Notes: generated from the sequence alone by a model not told the origin. A stretch of 63,010 nt of DNA, filler included, from Octopus bimaculoides (GCF_001194135.2; 7 parts of 6 records of this genome joined end to end with filler, not necessarily neighbours in it); one strand, 5' to 3'. Numbered from the whole stretch's first letter, positions 38,940 to 51,212 are shown. Program-made: numbers and translations.

Positions 38940-38985
38940 GACACCTGATGAAGGCCGGAGAGTATATCTGCCGAAACGTTGTGTT
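38940..38985 (+). ncRNA. minimal type I hammerhead ribozyme, Penelope-type
   Basis: GACAC-CTGATGA-A-GGC..GCC-GAAA-CG-TT-GTGTT: stem I GACAC/GTGTT, palindromic stem III ACGT, GUU site. Confidence 0.75.
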
Positions 38986-40484
38986 AACAACAAACAAGAT
39001 GAAGACAAATATCCATCAAATGTAAATAATGTTCATTTTTCTAGTTGGGAAAAGGCATAGGCGAACCAGAGAACATACCGTTAGCGCTTCTGTGAGAAAC
39101 TTACTGTCCTGGTAGGTCCTAGTGAGGGAAGGACGAAGCAGATTTTACTCTTCAACTATATTCATCTATCGGGCCTGTTAAATTTATCAATGCCCGTGTC
39201 CTAATCTTCTATACAAACATTCCGTACTGGCATATAGTATTAAAAATTAGACATACAGTGTTGAAAACAGAAACATATCAGCAGTTGGCGAAGTTTTTCC
39301 AGTATAGGTGATGTTTAGAAGAGACACTTTCTCAAAACGAATACCGCAGTTTAGAAGGCTTTCAACATATACACTCTTTAAGTATGTTTACAGATAGCTA
39401 ATTTTGAACTAATACTGCTTCTGTCGCTAATAGCGGATTTTTGTTCAGTTTGCCGGCTAAATGCGACATCAGTGAATTTTCAGTCACTGTCTAGCTATAT
39501 AAGTTAGCAGGTGATATGAATATTTGCTGCTGGTGAGACTAACAAACAGAAAACCGGATCTAGCAATTTCACCACCAATAATACTGGTTGACTTTTTCTG
39601 TGTTTTTAAGACTATACATTTATGAGAGAAACTTTCTCTTAAGTATGTGTGTGTGTGTGTGCGTGCGTGTATGTGCGTGTGTTTGTGTGTGTGCGTGTGT
39701 GTGTGTGTGTCTGCGTCTGTGTGTGCGCATTATCATATATTACACACACACAGGACAATAAGGGGACAACTCGTTACAAAATGAATGATGCAAGCACTTG
39801 CTAAATCTGACAATAAGTGTCAATAATATGCTTGTAATAGCCTGAGGAGTACATGTCTAGACTGACATGGAGAACAAAAGAAGTCCTCAAATGTCATGAT
39901 CAAAGCCTGAAAAGGAAAACTCCTCTGTTCAAAATACCTGAAAGATTGTTGAAAAACTAGCAAAGTACTAGGGTTTCGAATGAATATAATTTGGGGGAGC
40001 ATTATATGCTTTCTGATTTGAGCACAAGGCCAACAATTATAAGGGTAGGGTAGTTGATACCATCAACCTCAGTATTTGACTGATACTGTATTTTATTAAT
40101 TACTGAGGGATGAGAGACAAAGTTGACCTTGGGGTGGGGTTGAACTCTGAAGGTAAAGAGCTGGAACAAATAGCGCTAAGAATTTATCCAACGCTTTAAC
40201 AATTATGCTACCTCACTCGCTTCGGTGAACCTTATTTAATAAAAGAAAATCAAAAATAGTCATGCATGACTTACACACACACACACGCACGCACACTTAA
40301 CAACTTAACTCCGCTTCATATGACTTAGTTTCGAGGGCGTGTAGAACGTCATTATATGTGCGCGCGCGTGTGTAGAAGCAAATAAGAAGAATAGAGTCAG
40401 GAAGTCATTTTACTACAATTTACAATTGTTTCATCTTACATTATTTACATTCGACGGGTATTTGTCCTCATCTTGTTTGTTGTT

Positions 40485-40535
40485 AACACAACGTTTCGGC
40501 TGATATACCTCCTACCCCGGCCTTCTTCAGGTGTC
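40485..40535 (-). ncRNA. minimal type I hammerhead ribozyme, Penelope-type (copy 2)
   Basis: GACAC-CTGAAGA-A-GGCCG..CAGCC-GAAA-CGTT-GTGTT on the minus strand. Confidence 0.75.
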
Positions 40536-40596
40536 GTGGGGAAATTTTGAACCGGGGTTCTCATTCCTAAGGTATTTTTCGATGTTATTATTATTA

Positions 40597-40665
40597 TGGC
40601 GTAGTGGTTAAGAGAGCGGGCTACTAACCCCAAGATTCCGAGTTCGATTCCAAGCAGTGACCTGA
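40597..40665 (+). ncRNA. tRNA-derived Pol III head (SINE-like)
   Basis: TGGCGTAGTGGTTAA (A box), GCGGG-CTACTAA-CCC arm, GAGTTCGATTCC (B box), (AAT)n tail. Confidence 0.72.
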
Positions 40666-40680
40666 ATAATAATAATAATA

Positions 40681-40730
<50 letters not shown>

Positions 40731-41194
40731 NNNNNNNNNNNNNNNNNNNNNNNNNNNNNNNNNNNNNNNNNNNNNNNNNNNNNNNNNNNNNNNNNNNNNN
40801 NNNNNNNNNNNNNNNNNNNNNNNNNNNNNNNNNNNNNNNNNNNNNNNNNNNNNNNNNNNNNNNNNNNNNNNNNNNNNNNNNNNNNNNNNNAAATCTATTT
40901 GAAAATGATACCAGGCTTACCATCTCTACAGGAGGTGCAAAAAATCGTGCTAACTGGAACGACTCATGTACTAAGAAGAGCATTATCGCTGTGAAAACAA
41001 CATCCATTCATGATTTTTATTTATTTTTTAAATTTTTATTATTTTTTTTCTCTTAAATACATGTTTTACCTATGAATTTGCGTGTGTAAATTGGGAATGC
41101 ATACAACGTTTCTCTGCCCTAGGTGTACGGAAAACACTCGGCGAGAAATGGGAAAAAATTTGAAGAAAGAAGAAAAAAAGAACATAATTATAAT

Positions 41195-41372
41195 AATAAC
41201 ATCGAAAAATACCTTAGGAATGAGAACCCAGGTTCGAAATTTACCCAAGACACCTGAAGAAGGCTGGAGGGTATATCAGCCAAAACGTTGTGTTAACAAT
41301 AAACAAGATGAGGATAAATATCCGTCGAATGTAAATAATGTACATAATTCCTCATCTCTTAAATATAGAACT
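41195..41372 (+). mobile_element. Penelope-like terminal repeat copy 3 with mutated hammerhead (41249-41294)
   Basis: Same ~175-bp unit as copies 1 and 2; stem II perfect (GGCTG/CAGCC) but GAAA is AAAA. Confidence 0.78.
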
Positions 41373-41839
41373 ATATGTTTCATCTTAATTCAAAACAACC
41401 AATCTTACAATATTATATATTAATACATGCAACTATTGCTTATTTTCTATGTATCGTACAGGTTAACAAATGGTGAATAAGATTCTACAGAACTGCATAT
41501 AAAATAATATGTTGAAACTCACTTAAAGAACACTGAATATATATATACACATTGCAATTGGGCGTATTCGCATGGTTACATCACATATTATTATCTACGA
41601 TTCTTAAAGGGTAACCCTTTAGAATAGCTTTCTGTCGGTCTTCAGTCACAGTAAAATCCATGTGGATTCATAAATACTTACTGTTCTGAAAAAGAGACAT
41701 TTTTGTATTTAGAATTTGTAAATTATACATATTTTCCTGCAATCTTTCCAGTTTCTAACTTTCGAAACCAGCAATATCTCCAATTAGAGCCGCTCTATAT
41801 TTGCGGCATTTTGCTTATATCACAAAATAATCATCATCA

Positions 41840-42350
41840 GGCGCAGGAGTGGCTGTGTGGTAAGTAGCTTGCTTACCAGCCACATGGTTCCGGGTTCAGT
41901 TCCACTGCGTGGCACCTTGGGCAAGTGTCTTCAACTATAGCCTCGGGCCAACCAAAGCCTTGTGAGTGGATTTGGTAGACGCAAACTGAAAGAAGCCCGT
42001 CGTATATATNNNNNNNNNNNNNNNNNNNNNNNNNNNNNNNNNNNNNNNNNNNNNNNNNNNNNNNNNNNNNNNNNNNNNNNNNNNNNNNNNNNNNNNNNNN
42101 NNNNNNNNNNNNNNNNNNNNNNNNNNNNNNNNNNNNNNNNNNNNNNNNNNNNNNNNNNNNNNNNNNNNNTATATATATTCGTGTGTCTGTATTTGTATAT
42201 ATTTGTGTGTGTGTGTGTTTGTCCCCCCCCCCCCAACATCGCTTGACAACCGATGCTAGAATAAGTCCTAGGGTCGATTTGCTCGACTAAATGCGATGCT
42301 CCAGCATGGCTGCAGTCAAATGACTGAAACAAGTAAAAGAGTAAAAGAGT
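41840..42350 (+). mobile_element. SINE family B, full length with internal microsatellite and gap
   Basis: GGCGCAGGAGTGGCTGTGTGGTAAG head, CORE-like box, (TA)n/gap, tail ending (GTAAAAGA)n. Confidence 0.88.
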
Positions 42351-42462
42351 ATAGAGCCACTCTAAGTATTCGCCTGTAGACTGACTTACAACTGTTGGCA
42401 GAAGGCTCGTGCCTTTGATAGTTAAAATGATGTTAAATCTGTGAGATTCTTTGATGATTCAC

Positions 42463-42496
<34 letters not shown>

Positions 42497-42602
42497 GTCG
42501 TTATGATGATATATATGTATATATATAATATATATATATATATATATGTATATGTATATATATATGTAATATATATAATATGTTTATATATATATATAGT
42601 AT

Positions 42603-42636
<34 letters not shown>

Positions 42637-42663
42637 ATATGTAATATATATAATATATTTATA

Positions 42664-42701
<38 letters not shown>

Positions 42702-43373
42702 ATATATATAGATATAGATAATATATATCATATATATGTATGTATATATGTATATATATACATGAGTATTTACACACATACATATAGACACGCACGCGCG
42801 TGCGCACACCCACGCGCGCGCACACACACACACATAAGTACACCCAATCCCTAAATTTTTAATTAAAATTTTTTTTTCCCAAAATTTCTACGGATTTCCA
42901 TGTTTAAAATAGAGATTATGATTTTACAACAACAACAGCAACAACAATAATAATAATGATGATTTCGTTCATTTGCCACCAGGGCGAAGGATGAAGGGGA
43001 CAATAATAATAATGATAATAATAATAATAAATAGATAAAGGATATAAAATATGATAAATTGCATAAAACATAATGAATAAATAAATCAAATTTCAAAATT
43101 TCATTATTTTTATTTATTTTTGCGCTCTTCTTCCCATGTTTTTGAATATGCAATCGGCCGTAATTCTTGTATTTTTTTATTCTTTATTTTCGACATTATT
43201 TTTCCAAAAATTTTTACTGAATTATATTTTAAATACAGGATATTGCGATTCTGAAATAAAAAAAAAACATCTTCAATTTCAATTTTTTAATCTCCTCACG
43301 AAACGTATCCAAATATTTTCCTTCCTGGTGTTTATAAAAGCAACCACTAAAACGATTTTGCAATCCACCATCC

Positions 43374-43435
<62 letters not shown>

Positions 43436-44108
43436 TAGAATAAGCAACATATCAGAAAGTGATAAGTGCAGAATTTGTGGACAAAATGGTGAAACCGTAT
43501 GGCATATTACCAGTCAATGTACGCTACTAGCCCAGAAAAAATATAAGCAATGTCATGACAATACAGCAAGGATTGTCCATTGGATACTTTGCAACAAGTA
43601 TGGACTTGACAGAGCATAAAAGTGGTACGAACATAAACCCGAAGGCATCATCGAAAATGATAATGCAAAGATCCTAGATGTTATGATTCAGTGCAACCAT
43701 GAGATAGAGAATATGAAACAGACATAGTCTTAATTGAGAAAGAAAGCAAACTATGCTGGATCATAGATTATATCATGCCCAGCTGACAACAAGATATGCG
43801 ATAAGGAAGAAAGAAAAGTCGACAGACGACAGGTTAGCTTGGGAGGTTAAACAGTTGTGGTCGATGAAAAAGGTGACAGTTGTACTAATAAATGTCGGAG
43901 CCTTGGGAACAGTGAGCAAAGATCTTGAGAAGTACGTGGAACAAATAGTGGCTGTAATAAGGGTGGAGCACTTGCAGAAAACTGCATTGCTTGGAACCGC
44001 TCGAATACTCCGGATGGTGCTCGAAAAATAAGGGCTGTTACCTTAGTTCACTGGTAGTGAACAGCTAGCACCGTAGTACATCTCCAGCGTTAGAAGCTGT
44101 GCAAAGAC
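43436..44108 (+). mobile_element. 5'-truncated R4/Dong-clade non-LTR retrotransposon (CCHC finger and REL endonuclease) in (AAT)n
   Basis: CRICGQNGETVWHITSQC (CX2CX8HX4C); (P)DIVL..IID; LQKTALLGTARILRMVLEK*; short 3' UTR; (AAT)n on both sides. Confidence 0.9.
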
Positions 44109-44112
44109 AATA

Positions 44113-44145
<33 letters not shown>

Positions 44146-44169
44146 CCTTTCTAATTTTGAGACAAAACA

Positions 44170-44330
44170 CAAGGTCATCATTTTGCAGCTGGTACTTATT
44201 TGATCGCCCCTGAGAGGACAAAAGGCAAAATTGACCTCAGTAGAGTTTGGATTCAGAGCGTAAATAAGGACAAAATGCCCCTTAGCATTTTGTCCGGCGT
44301 GCTAATAATTCTGCTAGCTCGCCACCTTAC
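44170..44330 (-). mobile_element. SINE family C
   Basis: Match to family C. Confidence 0.75.
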
Positions 44331-44404
44331 TCATAATAATAACAATAATAATAATAATGGTTTCAAATTTTGGTACAAAACCAGGAATTTCGGGAAGGAG
44401 ATAA

Positions 44405-44578
44405 GTTGATTACATCGACCCCTCCCCACCTCCAGTGTTCAACTGGTACTTATTTTATCGACCCCAAAAGGGATGAAAGACAAAGCTGACCTCGGCGGAA
44501 TTTGAACTCAGAATGTAGAGACTGGCGAAATGCTTCAGAGCGTTTCGCCGGCGTGCTAAAGATTCTGCCAGCTCGCTG
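44405..44578 (-). mobile_element. SINE family C
   Basis: Match to family C. Confidence 0.8.
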
Positions 44579-45939
44579 TATTAATCACAATAATAATAAT
44601 CCTTATTATAATGGCCATGGTGATGATGATGATGATGATGGCTATGATGATGATGATGATGATGTTGATGACGAAGACGATGATGATGATGATGGTGATG
44701 ATTTCATATAACACAAAGGCGTCAGATGTAGGGGGAGCATTACAAAGACAGGCTACAATTTGTACTGGGGTAAGCAAAAAAAAAAAAAAAAAAAAAATCG
44801 GGTGAGTTGGTGAAAGGAATGGTGCGGAGAAATGATTGTGTATGATGCAGTCTCCAAATAGGACCCATCAAGGAATCTCACAGATTTAACATCATCTTGA
44901 CCACTACAGGCACGTACACTCTCGCAACTGTTGTAAGTCAGTCTACAGGCGCATACTTAGAGTGGTTCTATGATGATGATTATTTTGCGAAAAAAGCAAA
45001 ATGCCACAAATATAGAAAAAGGGGCTCTAATTGGAGATATTGCTGGTCTCGAAAGCTAGAAACTGGAAAGAGTGCAGGAAAATATGTATAATTTACAAAT
45101 TCTAAATACAAAAATATGTCTCCTTTTCAGAACAGTAAGTAGTTATGAATTCACATGGAGGCCATAGTAGAAGATACTTGACCAAAGTGGCTCGTAGTGG
45201 GACTGAAGTCGAAACCATGCGATTGCAAAGCAAGCTTCTCGCCATATAACCATTTCGTGCAGCATATTTCAATTGTGCACATGCTCTACGCTTGGTCTCA
45301 AACCTTGTCGTATAATTGGCAATCAGAGTTCAATTGCATGCTTGACCTTCCTAAGTGTCGATGTCATTAAAAAAAAAAATTAATCTTTTAAGCAATCTTT
45401 ATTGGTTATTTGTTTCGTTTTTTTTTTTTTTTTTTTTTTNNNNNNNNNNNNNNNNNNNNNNNNNNNNNNNNNNNNNNNNNNNNNNNNNNNNNNNNNNNNN
45501 NNNNNNNNNNNNNNNNNNNNNNNNNNNNNNNNNNNNNNNNNNNNNNNNNNNNNNNNNNNNNNNNNNNNNNNNNNNNNNNNNNNNNNNNNNNNNNNNNNNN
45601 NNNNNNNNNNNNNNNNNNNNNNNNNNNNNNNNNNNNNNNNNNNNNNNNNNNNNNNNNNNNNNNNNNNNNNNNNNNNNNNNNNNNNNNNNNNNNNNNNNNN
45701 NNNNNNNNNNNNNNNNNNNNNNNNNNNNNNNNNNNNNNNNNNNNNNNNNNNNNNNNNNNNNNNNNNNNNNNNNNNNNNNNNNNNNNNNNNNNNNNNNNNN
45801 NNNNNNNNNNNNNNNNNNNNNNNNNNNNCAGACGAAATACCGCTAAGCATTTCGCCCGGCGTGCTAACGTTTCTTATTTCTTTATTGCCCACAAGGGGCT
45901 AAACATAGAGAGGACAAACAAGGACAGACAAAGGGATTA

Positions 45940-46108
45940 AGTCGATTATATCGACCCCAGTGTGTAACTGGTACTTTATTTAATCGACCCCGAAAGGATG
46001 AAAGGCCAAGTCGACCTCGGCGGAATTCGAACTCAGAACGTAACGGCAGACGAAATACCGCTAAGCATTTCGCCCGGCGTGCTAACGTTTCTGCCAGCTC
46101 TTCGCCTT
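45940..46108 (-). mobile_element. SINE family C, well-preserved copy
   Basis: GGCGAAGAGCTGGCAGAAACGTTAGCACGCCGGGCGAAATGCTTAGCGGTATTTCGTC... Confidence 0.88.
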
Positions 46109-46189
46109 AAGCAGTTGTTTCATAATTATGGAGTCTACTCTTGACAAATGAGCTCACTACGACACTTCTGCATCCAACTCCAACAACTA

Positions 46190-46700
46190 CCAAAGGCTCT
46201 CAAAATATAGCGCAAGTACTGATGGTGGAAACATTCTCGGCGGTAAAAGACGACAGCCATACTTTATGTACTGTTCACACACCTGTAGAAACGCTGTAAT
46301 CACGCACACCTTGATAAGTAGTATAGTTTTTGTGCTGGCTTTGATAACCGATTCTGACTAAAATGCTTTTTGTTTTATTTTTTCCCCAGTTTTCCATATG
46401 CTCCAACTGCATTTGAAATGTTATAGCTGATTTCTTCATGCAGTGTACTTGTCCGGGAAAGCGTACTAACGAGGTATACAAACTTATCTACGACCTTTAA
46501 CTGCATCCCGTTAACATAAATGCTTCGTGGATGGTATGGTTTTCCAGATGCTGATTGATACATCGCAACTGACTATTTAACATTAATTCTTAATCCAAAC
46601 ACGTTACATACTGCAGAAAAACACCCAATCAGTGTCTGCGAGTCTGCTTCAATGTGAATAACTAGAACACAGTCATCTGTATATAGCAAGTTGCGAATCA
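46190..46700 (-). mobile_element. BovB-like RTE reverse transcriptase fossil
   Basis: IRNLLYTDDCVL (YADD motif) and GKPYHPRSIYVNGMQLKVVDKFVYLVSTLSR. Confidence 0.85.
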
Positions 46701-46890
46701 GAGCGATGAAATTCTTTGATGATGCATGAAATCGACGGATGTTAAACACTTTTCCTGTTGTATATCTAATGCAAATGCTAACGTTATCAGCAAATGCTGT
46801 TTGCCTGGCTATTTGTCTGTCTCAGTCTATGTCCGTTTGTCAGTCTGTTTCTTTCTCTGTTTTCCTGCTCTCTCTGGCTCTGTCTTCACC

Positions 46891-46933
<43 letters not shown>

Positions 46934-47280
46934 AATATATATATATATATATATATANNNNNNNNNNNNNNNNNNNNNNNNNNNNNNNNNNNNNNNNNNN
47001 NNNNNNNNNNNNNNNNNNNNNNNNNNNNNNNNNNNNNNNNNNNNNNNNNNNNNNNNNNNNNNNNNNNNNNNNNNNNNNNNNNNNNNNNNNNNNNNNNNNN
47101 NNNNNNNNNNNNNNNNNNNNNNNNNNNNNNNNNNNNNNNNNNNNNNNNNNNNNNNNNNNNNNNNNNNNNNNNNNNNNNNNNNNNNNNNNNNNNNNNNNNN
47201 NNNNNNNNNNNNNNNNNNNNNNNNNNNNNNNNNNNNNNNNNNNNNNNNNNNNNNNNNNNNNNNNNNNNNNNNNNNNNATA

Positions 47281-47316
<36 letters not shown>

Positions 47317-48039
47317 TGTATATTTTATGTATGTATATTTCGATCTTGCTTTAAACCATTTTCCAAACCATTTCTCCACGTGCCTGTGGAAAATGAACAT
47401 CACTTTGGTGGTGTTCATTTTGAAGTCTAGCGTCAGCCAAGTAGTACATTGCATATTCAACTACAGACTATTATGCAAAGTTTTTGATTATGTTAATGCG
47501 TTCTATATTCAAATGAACACCGACTTTCTTTACGGTTAATACACTACAATATATAGATATAAATATTATACACACACACACACACATACACCCACACGCA
47601 CGTTCACAGCCGCGTAAAATTTAGAAAATGGAAACTGTGCGGATACTTGTACGTTTGTATGTGTGTGTGCGTGTGTGTTTCTGGGTATGTGCGCGCGCGC
47701 GCAAATGAGTAAGTGTGCACGCGCGTGCGTGCGTGTGTGTGAGAGAGTGACAAGAGCGAGTGAGAGAATGGGTGAGTGTCTGTGTCGGGTGTGGAGAATC
47801 AAAGACGAATGAAAAAAAAACTAGCGGTATTTCGGTCTGTCTCGATTGCTTCCATTTTCTTCCAGTTGAGTTTGCTTTTCAGGTCTTGCGAGCTCCGTAA
47901 AATAATACTGTTTAAAATATTGGGGTTGATATGATCGACTGATACTCTTAAATACGGTGCTCAGCTTGGCTGCAACTCAAGGAATGAAACCAGTAACAGA
48001 ATAAAAGAATATCTGTAAAATCATGAATTTATATCGAGA

Positions 48040-48790
48040 GTCAAATATTTTTACCAAGCTACTTAAAACACCGAGAGTTAATGGGTGTGTCATATAGATT
48101 TTTCCAAAGCTGACCTTTGCTATAACTTGATATATCTAAAGCTTCACTTCTGTTCTCTATATCTTACTAATAATGGCCTTCTTACGCAGAAAAGCAATGA
48201 GCAGATATCAAAATTAGTCTTTGTTGTTTTGGAGTTACCGAACCAACTCCTGCTTATGATAACTATGAAAGTCCTAATCTGCCTAAATATACAGCTACAT
48301 AATTAAATATAACCTTTACTTTTCATGTAGAACTGAGGGGGCTTTTAGCTCAAGAACTGGTTTATAATTTTAATTCCTTGAGTGAAACAAATAATCAGTG
48401 GTAGCAAGCGGAGCTTTGCTGCTGACATTCGTTAATGAATCAGCTTGTGAAACAAATTTCAGTTTCTTCCTTTGGTAGTACATGTTCAGCTATATTAGAA
48501 AGTGTTTCAATTATCCTTCTTCTGACTGTATTATTCAAACTGGAAACTTTCGGTATTTCTTTGTTCGTCTTCATTACCAAACGTTGTTCAGACAACCAAG
48601 TTTAACGCCGGCAACATTGAGACTCATCTAAAAGCTTCTATTTGCTTGCGGTGATTTCTGCTCTTTGATGAGAATCAAGAGGAATTTTATACCTAAGTCA
48701 CACTGTTTTCACAAAAAAGGATCTCTTTGTTGTTCAACTAAACTCTTAAAATAGTTCCGATCATTATTCATTATATGAGCATGTTTAGAG
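48040..48790 (-). pseudogene. hAT (Charlie/Buster-type) transposase fossil
   Basis: KEIPKVSSLNNTVRRRIIETLSNIAEHV; FVSQADSLTNVSSKAPL (degenerate LQ.DESTDVS); AHCF..KKAIISK; many stops. Confidence 0.65.
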
Positions 48791-49224
48791 GCTAAATATA
48801 CGTTCAGTTTGCTGAACATAACGTTGGCAGACTATGGCACAGTCTGTTAATATAATACAACAGTATTAATATAATACAACAGTAGAGGGTAGTATTTCTA
48901 TTTGGCTCACTAAATCCACAACTTAACACCCACCTCTACACTTTCTCGTGCGACAGTCGTGAAATTAGAAAACTTAATCACCGGTGAAATAAGTCTAGTG
49001 AGTTGACCTGGGTCGAGTAGCATGACCTAAGCCTAGTGACGAGACTTGAGACAAAGGATATGACCTGGATATAATTGATAATTACGCTCTCTTTAAGTAA
49101 ATATCTTATTTTGGGATTAATTGTTTAATAACCAAATTTAGAGCACGGTTCAATGATCACACCGACTTCGTAAAAATGTACAACCTTCAGTGTACATAAG
49201 GAATTATTATTAAACATAAGCAAG

Positions 49225-49400
49225 GCGGCAAGATGGCAGAATCGTTAGCACGCCGGGCGAAATACTTAGCCGTATTTCGTCTGTCTGAGTTCAAATTTCG
49301 CCGAGATCGACTTTGCCTTTCCTCCTTTCGGAATCGATAAAATAAGTACCTGTCAGGTACTGGGGTCGGTCTAATAAACTTACCCGCTTTTCCGAAATTG
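49225..49400 (+). mobile_element. SINE family C
   Basis: Match to family C. Confidence 0.82.
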
Positions 49401-49944
49401 CTGGTCTTCTGCTAAAACTTGAAACCGTTATTCAACATGGGGGACAGAATTTAGTAGACATTGGTATACAGTACTTAGGTCGCTTTATGTTCTGAGTTCA
49501 AATCACACGTAGGTTAAGCTTCTCCATTTATGATTTTTAGGGCGATTAAACAAGTATCAGCTAAGTAGTGGATCGATTTATTTGACCAGTTTCCACCGGA
49601 ATTTGTGACTTTATGCCTATGACCGTCAAAAAATTTGTTTATCTTTTTCTTTTCAATAAGAAAGTCAGGGGCTATGACGATACCCTTTACAGATGCTACC
49701 AAACTCCTTCGATTGATGTAGTGGCAGGGTCGGACAGATCTGCAGGAAAAATGTGGGAAAGGAGAGATTTCCCGAGAGTCCAGTTTGGAGGAGAACGACT
49801 GTCGAAATATTTAATAGAGAAACGTCATCAATGCTAATGTACACCATTTGTTGAAAGTATGTAGGTTCGATAGAACTGCATTGGTATAAGAGGCCAAGTT
49901 GTAGTTTTCAACATCATCATCATCATCCTCGACTTCTTCTTCCT

Positions 49945-50002
<58 letters not shown>

Positions 50003-50957
50003 CAATACTACTACTACTCTGAGCTAGCTATCTCCATACCAATTTTGCCCTGGTCCACATGGTGCACTCGTGTCTAATCGTTCTTTTAGTCTGATCTTGT
50101 TTCACAGATATTCAGGGTGATCATCGACCACGCAACCACATCAATTTCACTGGTTCCAGCCACAAAACCGGCAGAGCTGAGACGCTCTGTCGCACATTTT
50201 TGCCTCATCTATTTCAGAAAGCTTTACTATGTTGGGCAATATATATATTCATGAACAAGGCGGCGAGCTGATAGAAACATTAGCACGGCGGGCGAAATAC
50301 TTAGCGATATATTATCCGCATTGATCAGTATGTGACGTCTATGAATATTAAGTTTTGTCAGAACGAAACTGCACAGAAAATTATGCCTGGTTGCATATGC
50401 AACTGCTCATAATCTGTGCTACGGAAACACATGTAGATAGTCGTGATCATAAAAGTATGTTGTATGACACACCGCAAAATAGAAGTAAATACATTTTGAG
50501 GATCTACTAGTGTCCATATTTTCTATCGCAATAATTATTGCCTATACATACATACTCCAGCTAAATCCCACCACCCTCCCTATTTTCCCCAACACACTCT
50601 TGCCCTCCTTCAAACGATATAATTAATTAAAAGACTTTTCCAGGTGATGCTATTGAGTTAGTCATGGCCTGGGCCGATGATGGCCGAAACGAATCTAAGT
50701 TATATACATATAGAATACGAGAATTTTAACGGAGATAAAGCTCCAGTATACAGTACAACTGTTTTTTCGCTTGTACAAGCAAATTCATAATTCTGATAAT
50801 TCATAATTATTTGAATGGAATAACATCTCATGTCATACATCCGAATTATGAATTTGCTTGCTTGTCTGAATGTTTAAGACAAATATCTGAAATTTTTATC
50901 TTATACCAAATTTAATATATATACATATATGTACATATATANNNNNNNNNNNNNNNN

Positions 50958-50994
<37 letters not shown>

Positions 50995-51018
<24 letters not shown>

Positions 51019-51212
51019 CTGTGTTTGTCCCCCCACCATCGCTTGACAACCGATGCTGGTGTGTTTACGTCCCCGTAACTTAGCGGTTCGGCAAAAAGAG
51101 ACCGATAAAATAAGTACTAGGCTTACAAAGAATAAGTCCTGGGGTCGATTTTCTCGACTAAAGGTGGTGCTCCAGCATGGCCGCAGTCAAATGACTGAAA
51201 CAAGTAAAGAGT
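50995..51212 (+). mobile_element. SINE family B, 3' half
   Basis: TTTGTCCCCCCACCATCGCTTGACAACCGATG...CAGCATGGCCGCAGTCAAATGACTGAAACAAG. Confidence 0.85.

Noticed and set aside
40597-40665. Functional tRNA gene
   Set aside because: No proper acceptor stem; ends in an (AAT)n tail; better read as a SINE head.
44897-45091. 64-aa ORF as an exon
   Set aside because: No ATG, no recognisable homology and no clear splice signals.
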